Positions 29,347-38,677 are shown, counted from the stretch's first letter. The stretch: 64,000 nt of DNA from Sedimentisphaerales bacterium (GCA_963662515.1 OY759675.1:773473-837472), one strand, 5' to 3'. A program made the numbers and translations. The notes: generated by a model from the sequence alone, not told the origin.

Positions 29347-32190
29347 ATGATGAGAATGTTTGTGAGAGCAGGTTTGCTGTTTATGGCTTTCGCCGGGATT
29401 GTCAGAGCTGATGAGATATTGGGTACTTGTGTTACCTGTACCGGGCCGGTGGCTGCAATCGCCAACAGTCCGACAGGGTTGGCTGGTCTGCCAATAACCT
29501 TTGATGAGTTTGCTATGGATACGGCAATAACAGATCAATATTCCTCTTTAGGAATAATCTTTGATGGAGAAAACCCGCGGATTACTGATGATGGTTCCAA
29601 TCCGTTCCCCCCGGTTTTAGCGGGTTTTGAGCCGGAAAGGTATATGGGTGATATTGAAGGTTATTTTGTTAATCCATATAATCCCACGCGGACGATAACA
29701 GTTTCGTGGTTCTCATTTACCGCAGGTTATTTTGATGAGACGGGAAAAACCCTGCTGGAATGGTTTGATATTAACGGTAACAAACTTGGTGAGATGGAAA
29801 ATACTGAAACAGGGATTCAGACTTTCTATGTTGAGGGTTTTGGTATTGCCTCGTGGCGGATTGGCGGTACGGAAGATGGTAATGGTTTTGCGATTGACAA
29901 TATCAACTTTGGCGGGTTGAATCTGATTGATTTTGACATTTCCGATGATGTGGAAGATGGTCAGTGTGTGTCGCCGGAAGATAATGTTAAGCTGACAATC
30001 TGTTTTACAAATGATTCTGATATTACTTATAATGATGCAATTATAAAACTGTACCTCGATAAGGGTGTTACTTACCCCTATGCTGACTGGACTATTGATG
30101 AGAACATGATCTCATATCCACCAGATCCGTGGTATGACCCGAATTATCACGCTTATACCTGGGAGATAGGCGATTTGGCTCCGGACGATACGGCTTGTGT
30201 GGATATAGAGGTAAATATAAATGAAGCAGCTATACCGGGAATGGAGTTGCTCAATGTGGCGGAGCTGACAGCACTGGTCTGCCGGGATTATCTGGTCACA
30301 GACCCGAACACTGAACCTAATACTTATATCAGCGTTTGCGAGGTTGAAGTAATAGCCCGCAGCGTGGAAAAGACGGTGGTTTGCTGCTGGGGCGATTATG
30401 ATAAAATCTTCGTTGACCAGTACGCCACTGGAATTTGCAATGGCTTGAGCTGGCAGAACGCTTTCAGCGGGACCGATGGCCTGAGCAAGGCCTTGTACAG
30501 AGCAGCACATTCAAGCTGTACCGGGCCTTATACGATCTATATCGCCAGCGGAAACTACTTCCCCGGAACGCAGGAAGATGACAGCTTTGTTCTGCCCGAA
30601 GGAACGCAGATTTACGGCGGCTTCCCCACCGGCGGCTGTGATTTCAGCCAGAGGAATCCGAAGGTTTATGAAGCACTGCTGGATGGCTGGCTTGAAACTG
30701 GGGTATTTGCCAGTAAAGTTGTAACAATGGAAAATAACACTTTACTTGATGGGGTGGCCGTAACCAGAGGTATGACATATAATGTTTATGGCTCTGTTGT
30801 TGACTTTACTCTGAAGAATTGTTTTATTAAGGAAGGTTTCCAGTATGGTGTTTACGCTACCAATGGGAATGTTGCCATAGAACGCTGCAAAATTCAGGAA
30901 AATGAAAGAGATGGTATTTATCACAGTGGAACCGGTTTTGCTCTTAATGTTCTGAATTCATGGATAATGCGAAACGGTAGAAATGGTATAAATACTTATG
31001 CTTCATCGCCAATCGTCATGAATAGTATCATTTCTGAAAGTGATATGAATGATGAAGGTAATATTGGTATAAAAGTTATTGACCCTTCAGCAACACCTGT
31101 TATTTACAATAATACTATTGCCAATAATAAAAGTGCTGGCGTATATTATAGCGACACTGGCACAGTTGTTGATCCCAATGATCCTAATACTGTAACTTAT
31201 ACCTACCCGGATATTCAAAATTGTATCATCTATTTCAACAATGGAGGTCATGAGCAGATAAGCGGTGTTTCACCTGATGATGTAGCTTCTTATAGCTGTA
31301 TTCAGGATTGTAACAGTGTAAATAACAACATCAATGCCAACCCGGGATTTGCCTATGTAACAGACCTCAACGGAACACCCAACCCTGCGAACTATCATTT
31401 ATCGGCCACATCCTCAATGAAAGACATGGGAAGCCCCTATCTGGATTATTCCGGTCAAACCGATTATGATACTGAAGATCGATATGATGGTTATGCTGTA
31501 GATATAGGAGCTGATGAGATTCATTCTTGCAGTGGTGATTATTCGCCAGAAGATTTCAAAAGTGAAGCTGACTTTAATGCCGATGGTATAGTTAATCTGA
31601 AAGATTTCCAGCAGATTTCTGGATCATGGCTGAGCCATGACCCCAATGATTTATCTTGGAATGACCCTAATTCAACTTTGAACTGGGCCGATGTTTGTAA
31701 TCTTGCTGATGCAGGTTCCAGTCAGTATGCAATAGACATTGCCGACCTGGAAGTGTTTGTTTCTGAAAACGGCTGGCTCTGGCAAGCCTGCTGGTATGGA
31801 GCTGGTCAGACAGTTGTGGCTGAAACAATGACAATGATGGCTCTCCCTGAAACATCGGCTTTGGAAATTTCTTCAATGGAAAGTATGTCTTTATCGTCAG
31901 CAAGTTTGACGAGCATGACAAGTGATGAAACTGATAATGTATCATCGTTTGTGAGAGTCTCCACAATAATGATAATGGAAGAACCATTACTTGTAGAGGA
32001 AGAAGTGAATCCCTATGCAGAACTGAGTAATGCCGAGCTTGCTCAGTTTGTTAGGGATATTAAAGACCTGAAAGAGATTGTACAACTACAAGTCAGCTCA
32101 GGCGGTGAAGATAGTGAAGATATAACGGAAATTCTGGAATTCTTTGATGGAATTCTGAAAGAAGTTAAAGAATCCATGCAAAAACAATAA
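29347..32190 (+). CDS. large secreted protein: parallel beta-helix repeats + dockerin-like Ca-binding repeat + acidic tail
   Basis: Signal peptide MMRMFVRAGLLFMAFAGIVRADE. The beta-helix repeats span about residues 480-600 (NCFIKEGFQYGVYATNGNVAIERCKIQENERDGIY..). A DFNADGIVNLKDF dockerin/EF-hand-like motif is present. Confidence 0.75.
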   Translation: MMRMFVRAGLLFMAFAGIVRADEILGTCVTCTGPVAAIANSPTGLAGLPITFDEFAMDTAITDQYSSLGIIFDGENPRITDDGSNPFPPVLAGFEPERYMGDIEGYFVNPYNPTRTITVSWFSFTAGYFDETGKTLLEWFDINGNKLGEMENTETGIQTFYVEGFGIASWRIGGTEDGNGFAIDNINFGGLNLIDFDISDDVEDGQCVSPEDNVKLTICFTNDSDITYNDAIIKLYLDKGVTYPYADWTIDENMISYPPDPWYDPNYHAYTWEIGDLAPDDTACVDIEVNINEAAIPGMELLNVAELTALVCRDYLVTDPNTEPNTYISVCEVEVIARSVEKTVVCCWGDYDKIFVDQYATGICNGLSWQNAFSGTDGLSKALYRAAHSSCTGPYTIYIASGNYFPGTQEDDSFVLPEGTQIYGGFPTGGCDFSQRNPKVYEALLDGWLETGVFASKVVTMENNTLLDGVAVTRGMTYNVYGSVVDFTLKNCFIKEGFQYGVYATNGNVAIERCKIQENERDGIYHSGTGFALNVLNSWIMRNGRNGINTYASSPIVMNSIISESDMNDEGNIGIKVIDPSATPVIYNNTIANNKSAGVYYSDTGTVVDPNDPNTVTYTYPDIQNCIIYFNNGGHEQISGVSPDDVASYSCIQDCNSVNNNINANPGFAYVTDLNGTPNPANYHLSATSSMKDMGSPYLDYSGQTDYDTEDRYDGYAVDIGADEIHSCSGDYSPEDFKSEADFNADGIVNLKDFQQISGSWLSHDPNDLSWNDPNSTLNWADVCNLADAGSSQYAIDIADLEVFVSENGWLWQACWYGAGQTVVAETMTMMALPETSALEISSMESMSLSSASLTSMTSDETDNVSSFVRVSTIMIMEEPLLVEEEVNPYAELSNAELAQFVRDIKDLKEIVQLQVSSGGEDSEDITEILEFFDGILKEVKESMQKQ

Positions 32191-32202
32191 AATAAGTTAA
32201 TT

Positions 32203-32236
32203 TACCTGCCGTCATGTGTTATAATGACGGCAGGTA
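32203..32236 (+). other. 13-bp perfect stem hairpin between large gene and PEP-CTERM gene
   Basis: TACCTGCCGTCAT-GTGTTATA-ATGACGGCAGGTA with no U-tract. A copy is conserved at 33077-33110. Confidence 0.6.
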
Positions 32237-32252
32237 GATTTATTATAGGAGT

Positions 32253-32892
32253 ATGCGTATGAAATATTTATTGTTATTGGTGATGTTTATTTTCACGAGT
32301 AGCTTAATAGCTTCTGCAGCTATAACTGGAATTCGCGGTAAGGCTAATGATGGATATTTGCTTAAAGGTGAATATGACTATGATGTTAATGTAACAGAAA
32401 CAAGTATATTATCAGTAATGGGGGGGGGGGGGCGACAGCATTACCGTTTCAGATTATGGAAGACTTAATATTTCCAGTACTTCAAAACTAAACAATAGCT
32501 CCGGCAGTGCTGGTGGTGTCTGGACAATTGGTTTGAACAATTACAGTTCGCTCATCTTTTCTGGCGGTGAAACAAATGACATATCTGTTTATAATAATTC
32601 GACAGTATTGCTTACCGGAGGAAAAATCAATAATCTAGCTAGTTACCAAAGCGTTAACGGCAATCCTCATATAACCATAGAGTGTTTGAAGGGTTGGTCT
32701 GTGGCTTATAACAATGGCATACCTAAGATTATGTATGGCAATTGGGCCGATGGCACACCATTTGAAATAAACTTTATCAACAATAAGTATTTCAAACCGG
32801 TATTTGAAAATATGAATATAGTAATTGTGCCAGAACCGGGAGCAATTGCCCTGTTAAGTCTGGGCGGCTTAATCCTGAAACGGCGCAGATAA
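32253..32892 (+). pseudogene. PEP-CTERM protein gene interrupted by frameshift in a G13 tract (candidate phase-variable gene)
   Basis: The ORFs 32253-32468 and 32533-32892 are two frames of one gene. The frame following the G tract reads GDSITVSDYGRLNISSTSKLNNSSGSAGGVWTIGLNNYSSLIFSGGETN, collinear with the paralog at 33135. Removing one G restores a 212-aa protein ending VPEPGAIALLSLGGLILKRRR. Confidence 0.8.
32420..32432 (+). repeat. homopolymeric G13 tract inside coding sequence
   Basis: Counted directly: atG GGGGGGGGGG GGc. Confidence 0.95.
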
Positions 32893-32910
32893 TAAAAAAC
32901 AGACAATTAC

Positions 32911-32943
32911 AAGCCGGATTAAACCTCCGGCTTTTTTATTTTC
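32911..32943 (+). terminator. rho-independent terminator
   Basis: AAGCCGGA-loop-TCCGGCTT followed by TTTTTATTTT. Confidence 0.7.
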
Positions 32944-32975
32944 CGAGCGAAGCGAGTCGGGCCGCCGGACCTTCC

Positions 32976-33063
32976 GGCTGAAGATAGCGAAGATTTAACA
33001 GATTTAATAGATTTCTTTGACGAAATCCTGGCAGATGTTCAGGAAACACTGCAAAAAGAATAA
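32976..33063 (+). pseudogene. remnant of the 3' end of a paralog of the 947-aa gene
   Basis: Reads AEDSEDLTDLIDFFDEILADVQETLQKE*, compared with GGEDSEDITEILEFFDGILKEVKESMQKQ* at 32100-32190. The same hairpin follows in both places. Confidence 0.65.
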
Positions 33064-33076
33064 ATTTATGATAAAT

Positions 33077-33110
33077 TACCTGCCGTTATTTGCTATAATG
33101 ACGGCAGGTA
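33077..33110 (+). other. conserved hairpin (paralog of 32203-32236)
   Basis: TACCTGCCGTTAT-loop-ATAATGACGGCAGGTA. Confidence 0.6.
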
Positions 33111-33134
33111 ATATTTTAATAAGGTGTAGATTTA

Positions 33135-33776
33135 ATGAAATACATGACACAATTTGTTTTTGCTTTGTTGTTCTGTGTGGCTCATTTGTTTGGTAGTATT
33201 ATTTGTGATGGCCCGGCCAGTGACGGTTTTCTTAGAACTGGGGAATATGACGATACAATTGTTGTAAATAGTAACAGTTCTCTTAATGTTAATGGTGGTG
33301 CCTCTGATAGAATTACAGTTGAAGATTCAGCTAAACTTATCATTTCAATAACATCATCATTAAGCAATCAGCCTAAAAATAGGGGCGGTGTCTGGACAAT
33401 AATTTTGCGAGACGAAAGTAATTTAACCTTTTCTGGAGGAGCGACAAATAAAATATATACTGGTGGAAATTCAACAACTATCCTAACAGGTGGCCAGATA
33501 AATTCCATTGCTAGCCAGCAGAGAATTACTAATGGAACCCATATTGAAATATACTGCAATGAAGGCTGGTTATGGAAATACAACTCGTACAGCGAGATTA
33601 AAGGAATAATTGGTAACTGGCGAGATGGCACACCGTTTGACATAGCCTTTATTGATGATTCATCGAACTACTTCCCGGCTACATGGAAAAATATCGAAGT
33701 AATCACACCCGAACCGGCTTCAATGCTATTGTTAAGTCTGGGCGGTGTGCTGATAAAGAAACGCCGCAGACAGTAA
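33135..33776 (+). CDS. PEP-CTERM sorting-domain protein
   Basis: 213 aa with an N-terminal signal. The C-terminus is TPEPASMLLLSLGGVLIKKRRRQ, i.e. a PEP motif, a TM helix and a basic cluster. Confidence 0.85.
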   Translation: MKYMTQFVFALLFCVAHLFGSIICDGPASDGFLRTGEYDDTIVVNSNSSLNVNGGASDRITVEDSAKLIISITSSLSNQPKNRGGVWTIILRDESNLTFSGGATNKIYTGGNSTTILTGGQINSIASQQRITNGTHIEIYCNEGWLWKYNSYSEIKGIIGNWRDGTPFDIAFIDDSSNYFPATWKNIEVITPEPASMLLLSLGGVLIKKRRRQ

Positions 33777-33791
33777 CAAATCAACAAACGC

Positions 33792-33823
33792 AAGCCGGAT
33801 TAAAACCCCGGCTTTTTTATTTT
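33792..33823 (+). terminator. rho-independent terminator
   Basis: AAGCCGG-loop-CCGGCTT followed by TTTTTATTTT. It is homologous to the terminator at 32911. Confidence 0.7.
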
Positions 33824-33985
33824 CCGAGTCAGCCAAAGGCTGATCTTACTCTACGAGTTATGATGACGCAAGCAACTGGTTTGTAGCTGGTTAGCTATGC
33901 TATGGTTCAGCTAGCCTTAATTATCCCTGAAGCCTTTGTCATATGCCCCTATGTTCTTATGTCCTTTTATGCCAACTATCACATC

Positions 33986-34014
33986 TTGCATTGCCTGTCA
34001 GTATCGACTATAAT
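33986..34014 (+). promoter_or_regulatory. sigma70-like promoter upstream of plsC
   Basis: TTGCAT, a 17-nt spacer, then TATAAT, ending 15 nt before the ATG. This would imply a very short leader. Confidence 0.35.
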
Positions 34015-34028
34015 TCACCTCTTATATC

Positions 34029-34736
34029 ATGACAGAGACAATCAATACAAGAGAGGGAGCATCTGACGCCGGTTTGGTTCAGGGCTCAGGCGTTAATGGC
34101 AGGCCCAAGCTGTTTTACCGGCTGGTACGGGGTAGTTTCCGGGTGCTTTTGCAGATTTTCTGGCGTTTTCGCACAGTAGGTCAGGAAAACATACCTTTGG
34201 ACGGCCCAGTTTTGCTCGTGGGTAATCATCAGAGTTATCTTGACCCGGTCACCTGTTCCTGCGGCATGAAGCGAGAGCTGGACTTTATGGCCCGCGAGAG
34301 CTTGTTTAAGGGGTGGTTTGGTAAGGTCATAAGCAATCTTAATGCTTTCCCTGTCCGTCGGGGTGAGGCTGATATGCGTGCGATCCGGGATATTGTTGAT
34401 CGTCTGGAGCAGCAGCGAGCGGTAATGATCTTTCCGGAGGGTACGCGTAGTGCTGACGGTCAGGTCAGGGATTTCAAAAATGGTTTTGTACTGATCGCCC
34501 GTAAGGCAAAGGCGGCTATTGTGCCGGTGGCGGTTGATGGCACCTGGGACGCATGGCCTCGTCAGCGTAAGTTGCCGCGTTTGCGTAAGATAAAGATAGA
34601 ATACGGCCAGGTTATTACCGCTGCCCAGGTCAAGGCTATGGACCGCGATGAGCTGCTCAATAAGGTGACAGGTGAAGTTCGCCGGTTGCAGAATAAGCTG
34701 CGAGTTGAGAATGGTCGCGAGCCTTATGCCTACTAA
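34029..34736 (+). CDS. plsC: 1-acyl-sn-glycerol-3-phosphate acyltransferase
   Basis: Contains the HX4D motif (GNHQSYLDP) and the FPEGTRS motif. Confidence 0.85.
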   Translation: MTETINTREGASDAGLVQGSGVNGRPKLFYRLVRGSFRVLLQIFWRFRTVGQENIPLDGPVLLVGNHQSYLDPVTCSCGMKRELDFMARESLFKGWFGKVISNLNAFPVRRGEADMRAIRDIVDRLEQQRAVMIFPEGTRSADGQVRDFKNGFVLIARKAKAAIVPVAVDGTWDAWPRQRKLPRLRKIKIEYGQVITAAQVKAMDRDELLNKVTGEVRRLQNKLRVENGREPYAY

Positions 34737-34842
34737 CACGCAGGCCTGACCGTCGTTTTGTGAATTGAACAGAGAGATAGAATGAGAGCCGAGAAGCAGG
34801 TCTTATTAAGATGCTTTTGTGGTTACTCATCCAGGAGATACA

Positions 34843-35511
34843 ATGACAATACAATTACCCCCGACAGGAACGATAGAGGTTGCACCATCGATATTAAGTG
34901 CTGACTTTGCCAATCTGGGCCGCGATGTGGCTCTGGTAGAGCCAGCGGTTAATATGCTGCATATAGATGTAATGGACGGCCATTTTGTGCCTAATATCAC
35001 TATTGGCCCGCTGGTGGTGAAGGCACTTCGTCCGCACAGTAAGCTGTTCTTTGATGTGCATCTTATGATAAGTGATGCCCCGCGTTATGCTCCGGAATAT
35101 GTCAAGGCAGGAGCTGATGGCATAACCTTCCATCTGGAGGCGGTTGCCGACCCGGCAGGGTTCATAGCTGATATGCGTAAGCTGGGCGTAAGTGTGGGCG
35201 TGACGGTCAAGCCGGGGACGCCGGTTGAGTTGCTCAGGGCGGTTGTGGCCGATGTTGACATGGTACTGCTTATGGCAGTTGAGCCTGGCTTTGGCGGTCA
35301 GAAGTTCATGCCTGAGAGTATTGACAGATGCCGGGCGATTAAGGCAATGCTTCGTCCGGACCAGCGTCTGGAAGTTGATGGGGGAATTTATCCTGGCAGT
35401 ACCGGCCCATCGATAATAGCCGCAGGGGCTGACACCCTGGTGGCCGGCAATGCCATCTTCGCCAGCCCTGACCCGCTGGCAGCGATAAAATTGTTAAGTG
35501 AAGGAAGATGA
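34843..35511 (+). CDS. rpe: ribulose-phosphate 3-epimerase
   Basis: Contains APSILSADFANLG, HIDVMDGHFVPNITIGP, MAVEPGFGGQKF and VDGGI. Confidence 0.9.
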   Translation: MTIQLPPTGTIEVAPSILSADFANLGRDVALVEPAVNMLHIDVMDGHFVPNITIGPLVVKALRPHSKLFFDVHLMISDAPRYAPEYVKAGADGITFHLEAVADPAGFIADMRKLGVSVGVTVKPGTPVELLRAVVADVDMVLLMAVEPGFGGQKFMPESIDRCRAIKAMLRPDQRLEVDGGIYPGSTGPSIIAAGADTLVAGNAIFASPDPLAAIKLLSEGR

Positions 35512-35524
35512 ATGTGATGGAAGA

Positions 35525-35740
35525 AGTAATAAGATATAAGATATAAGTTGACAAGCTCCGGTGTCGCTTTGCGACGAGTTTTATGGCTTCGCAGCATTAT
35601 AAACGGTTCAAATTATTTATATCTGAATGTTGCGGAGCTTTAAAACAGCATCTGTCTCAAGGCCGGCACCAGGGCCCCGATGTGAAATCGGGATTTCGGA
35701 TTACCTCAACCTACCAACTTATATCTTATATCTTATTACT
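35525..35740. repeat. long-palindrome MITE-like intergenic element, copy 1 (inverted relative to copies 2 and 3)
   Basis: The left arm is AGTAATAAGATATAAGATATAAGTTGACAAGCTCCGGTGTC. The right end is CAACTTATATCTTATATCTTATTACT. The internal module GGTGTCGCTTTGCGAC..GGCTTCGCAGC is shared with the other copies. Confidence 0.8.
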
Positions 35741-35760
35741 GTTTTCAAAGGACCCAAATT

Positions 35761-37713
35761 ATGGCATTGATCGGATTACGAAACATATCATTAAGCTACG
35801 GCGGGCCGCCGGTGTTGGAAAATATCGACCTGGCAATTGAGCCTGGTGAACGCATTTGCTTACTTGGCCGTAATGGTGCGGGTAAGTCAACGCTCATGAA
35901 GATAATAACCGGTGAGTTACAGGTTGATACTGGTGAGGTTATTCGCCAGCAGGGTCTGCGTACCGCTTATCTCTCGCAGCAGGTGCCGCTGGGCTGCGAT
36001 AAAGATGTTTTTGCCGTTGTCGCTGAAGGTGCCGGCAATGTCGGTGAGCTGCTCAGTGAGTTTCATCATCTCAGTCATGAGGTGTCATTAAATCCTGACC
36101 CAGCTATGATCGAGAAGCTCGATGAAGTGCAGACCCGCATGAATGCCATCAATTGCTGGCAGGCCAATCAGCAGGTCGAGTCGATAATAACTCGTATGGG
36201 CCTTGATGGCGAGGCTTTGTTCAGCAGTCTTAGTGCCGGTCTTAAGAGGCGGGTGCTATTGGCCAAAGGACTGGTCTGTAAACCAGATATTCTCTTGCTC
36301 GATGAGCCGACTAACCATCTGGACATTGATGCGGTAATGTGGGTGGAAGATTTCCTGCTCAAGTATGAAGGTACGCTGGTATTTGTTACACACGACCGGG
36401 CCTTTTTGCAAAAGCTCGCTACTCGGATCATCGATGTTGACCGCACGCGTATTGTCAGTTTTGAGTGCAGTTATGATAAATATCTCGAACGCAAAGACCA
36501 GATGATCGCCGATGAATTGCGTCAGAATGAGCTTTTCGATAAGCGGCTGGCCGAAGAGGAAGTGTGGATCAGGCAGGGAGTGCGCGAACGGCGTACCCGT
36601 AATGAAGGGCGAGTGCGTCGCCTGAAAGCCATGCGGGAAGATCGCAAGGAACGCAAAGAGCTTATCGGCAAGGTCAAAGTCGAACTGCAATCAGGACCAA
36701 CTACCGGCCGGAAGGTTATCGAGGCCAAGCATATCGGCTTTAGCTATAATGCTGATAAGAGTAATCCGATTGTAAAGGATTTCTCGACTATTATCCAGCG
36801 AGGCGACCGCGTTGGCATTATCGGCCGCAACGGTTCAGGTAAGACTACGCTGATAAAGCTGCTGCTGGGTCAGCTCGAGACCAATTGCGGCGGTCATGTT
36901 CGTCATGGTACAAATCTGGAAGTGGCCTATTTTGACCAGCTCCATTCTTCGCTTGATCTGGAGCAGACGGTGCAGGAAAATCTCTGCCCCGGAACTGATA
37001 AAATAGTCATAAATGATAAGCCCCGTCATGTATTGGGCTATCTCAAAGACTTTCTCTTTACTCCTAAGCAGGCCCGCAATGTAGTGGCCAATCTTTCCGG
37101 CGGTGAACGCAATCGCCTGCTGCTGGCCAAGCTCTTTGCCCAGCCGGCCAATGTGCTGGTTCTTGATGAGCCGACTAATGATCTTGATATGGAAACTCTG
37201 GAGCTGCTCGAAGAATTATTGCTGGAATATGAAGGCACGATACTTATGGTCAGCCACGACCGGCAGTTCCTCAATAATGTCGTTACCAGTACTATTGCCC
37301 TGGAGGGCAACGGCGTAGTGAAGGAATACGGCGGCGGATTTGATGATTGGCTCATTCAGAGCGGCATGCTGGAAAAGAAAGTCAGTCTGCAAAATAACTC
37401 GCCCGCCAGAGAGCAGGAAAAAGAACAGCGGGCCGCGGCCTTTGAAGAGGCCAAACAGGCCAAAAAGCAGGCTAAGCCCCGTAAGATGAGCTTTAATGAA
37501 CGCAAGGAATTAGATGCTATGCCCGCCCTTATCGAAAAGCTCGAAGCCCAGCTCGCGGCCATAAACGAGACAATGAGCGATCCGGCTTTTTTCAAAAAAG
37601 ATGTCGCCACAGTAACTGCCGCCACTAATAAAGCCGCCCAGTTAGATGAACAACTGCAACAAGCCTACACCCGCTGGGAACAACTCGAACAACTAGCCGC
37701 CGATTGTAATTGA
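35761..37713 (+). CDS. uup: ABC-F family ATPase Uup
   Basis: Two ABC cassettes (GRNGAGKST and GRNGSGKTT, LSGG signatures). The linker reads EEEVWIRQGVRERRTRNEGRVRRLKAMR, and there is a C-terminal coiled coil. It is collinear with E. coli Uup as I recall that sequence. Confidence 0.85.
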   Translation: MALIGLRNISLSYGGPPVLENIDLAIEPGERICLLGRNGAGKSTLMKIITGELQVDTGEVIRQQGLRTAYLSQQVPLGCDKDVFAVVAEGAGNVGELLSEFHHLSHEVSLNPDPAMIEKLDEVQTRMNAINCWQANQQVESIITRMGLDGEALFSSLSAGLKRRVLLAKGLVCKPDILLLDEPTNHLDIDAVMWVEDFLLKYEGTLVFVTHDRAFLQKLATRIIDVDRTRIVSFECSYDKYLERKDQMIADELRQNELFDKRLAEEEVWIRQGVRERRTRNEGRVRRLKAMREDRKERKELIGKVKVELQSGPTTGRKVIEAKHIGFSYNADKSNPIVKDFSTIIQRGDRVGIIGRNGSGKTTLIKLLLGQLETNCGGHVRHGTNLEVAYFDQLHSSLDLEQTVQENLCPGTDKIVINDKPRHVLGYLKDFLFTPKQARNVVANLSGGERNRLLLAKLFAQPANVLVLDEPTNDLDMETLELLEELLLEYEGTILMVSHDRQFLNNVVTSTIALEGNGVVKEYGGGFDDWLIQSGMLEKKVSLQNNSPAREQEKEQRAAAFEEAKQAKKQAKPRKMSFNERKELDAMPALIEKLEAQLAAINETMSDPAFFKKDVATVTAATNKAAQLDEQLQQAYTRWEQLEQLAADCN

Positions 37714-37768
37714 ACCAAGGAAATTGCGAGTGAACTGTTATAGTGTGTTACAGCAGTATGCCAAGTGG

Positions 37769-38677
37769 TCAGCAGGTGTCTGGTCTTGCTTTTTCACTAC
37801 CTGTTTTCCCGCAAAAATTACGGAAAGCAGTTAATGATCTTGTATGATATTTATTTCTGTTAGTCAGGCAGTACAGATTTCTGCGAAGATTCAGAAAAGG
37901 GGTATCTAAAGTTTTAAGAACCCCGTTATCTAAAGAATCTTTGATTACCAGTTTGGAAAGGCAGCTTATGCCCAGATTGTTTTTTACTGCCATTTTTATA
38001 GCTTGTGAATGACCGAGCTCATACCTGACTATAATGTTGTCAATTTTCCCTCTTATGGCATTCTCAAAGATCTCTCGTGTGCCGGAACCTTGTTCCCTGA
38101 GAATCCATTCTGCATTAGCAAGGTCATTTATGCTTATTTTTCTTTTTTTAGTGAGTGGGTGTTCAGGTGAAGCAAAAATCACAAGGTCGTCATGTCGCCA
38201 TTTTGAGATTACTATGTCTGAGTGACGACATATTCCTTCGATAAAACCGATATCAATATTATAGTTCAGCAACTCTTTTACTATATAGTCTGTGTTACCT
38301 ACCTGAAGTGACAGTTTGACCTCGGGGTATTCTCGGGAAAAATTGCCAATAATATCGGGTATGAGATAGTTTCCTACGGTTGAGCTTGCCCCGATCTTAA
38401 CCGAACCAGTATCGTGATCTCTGGTCAGAATATTGTTTATGTCTCCGATTTTGGCCAGAATTTCCCTGATCTCGGGTAAGATACTTTGTCCGTTATTGTT
38501 AATATGCAACCTTCTGCCGCTTCGGTCAAACAAGGGGCAGCCTAATTGCTTCTCCAGTTCGGCCAAAGCCAAACTGGCTGCAGCCTGAGTCATGAATAGT
38601 GTCTCTGCTGCTGCGGTGACAGTCCCCTGAGACGCAATTGCAGTAAAGACTTCCATTTGTCTTACCGTAATATTCAT
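37769..38677 (-). CDS. LysR-family transcriptional regulator
   Basis: N-terminal HTH (MEVFTAIASQGTVTAAAETLFMTQAAASLALAELEKQLGCPLFDR) plus a substrate-binding domain. It is divergent from a YeiH-like gene. Confidence 0.85.
   Translation of the reverse strand: MNITVRQMEVFTAIASQGTVTAAAETLFMTQAAASLALAELEKQLGCPLFDRSGRRLHINNNGQSILPEIREILAKIGDINNILTRDHDTGSVKIGASSTVGNYLIPDIIGNFSREYPEVKLSLQVGNTDYIVKELLNYNIDIGFIEGICRHSDIVISKWRHDDLVIFASPEHPLTKKRKISINDLANAEWILREQGSGTREIFENAIRGKIDNIIVRYELGHSQAIKMAVKNNLGISCLSKLVIKDSLDNGVLKTLDTPFLNLRRNLYCLTNRNKYHTRSLTAFRNFCGKTGSEKARPDTC

Noticed and set aside
35583-35840. 85-aa ORF spanning the rpe-uup intergenic region.
   Set aside because: It lies inside the palindromic repeat element and runs into the uup start in another frame. 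It has no RBS, and equivalent ORFs are absent from the other two element copies.
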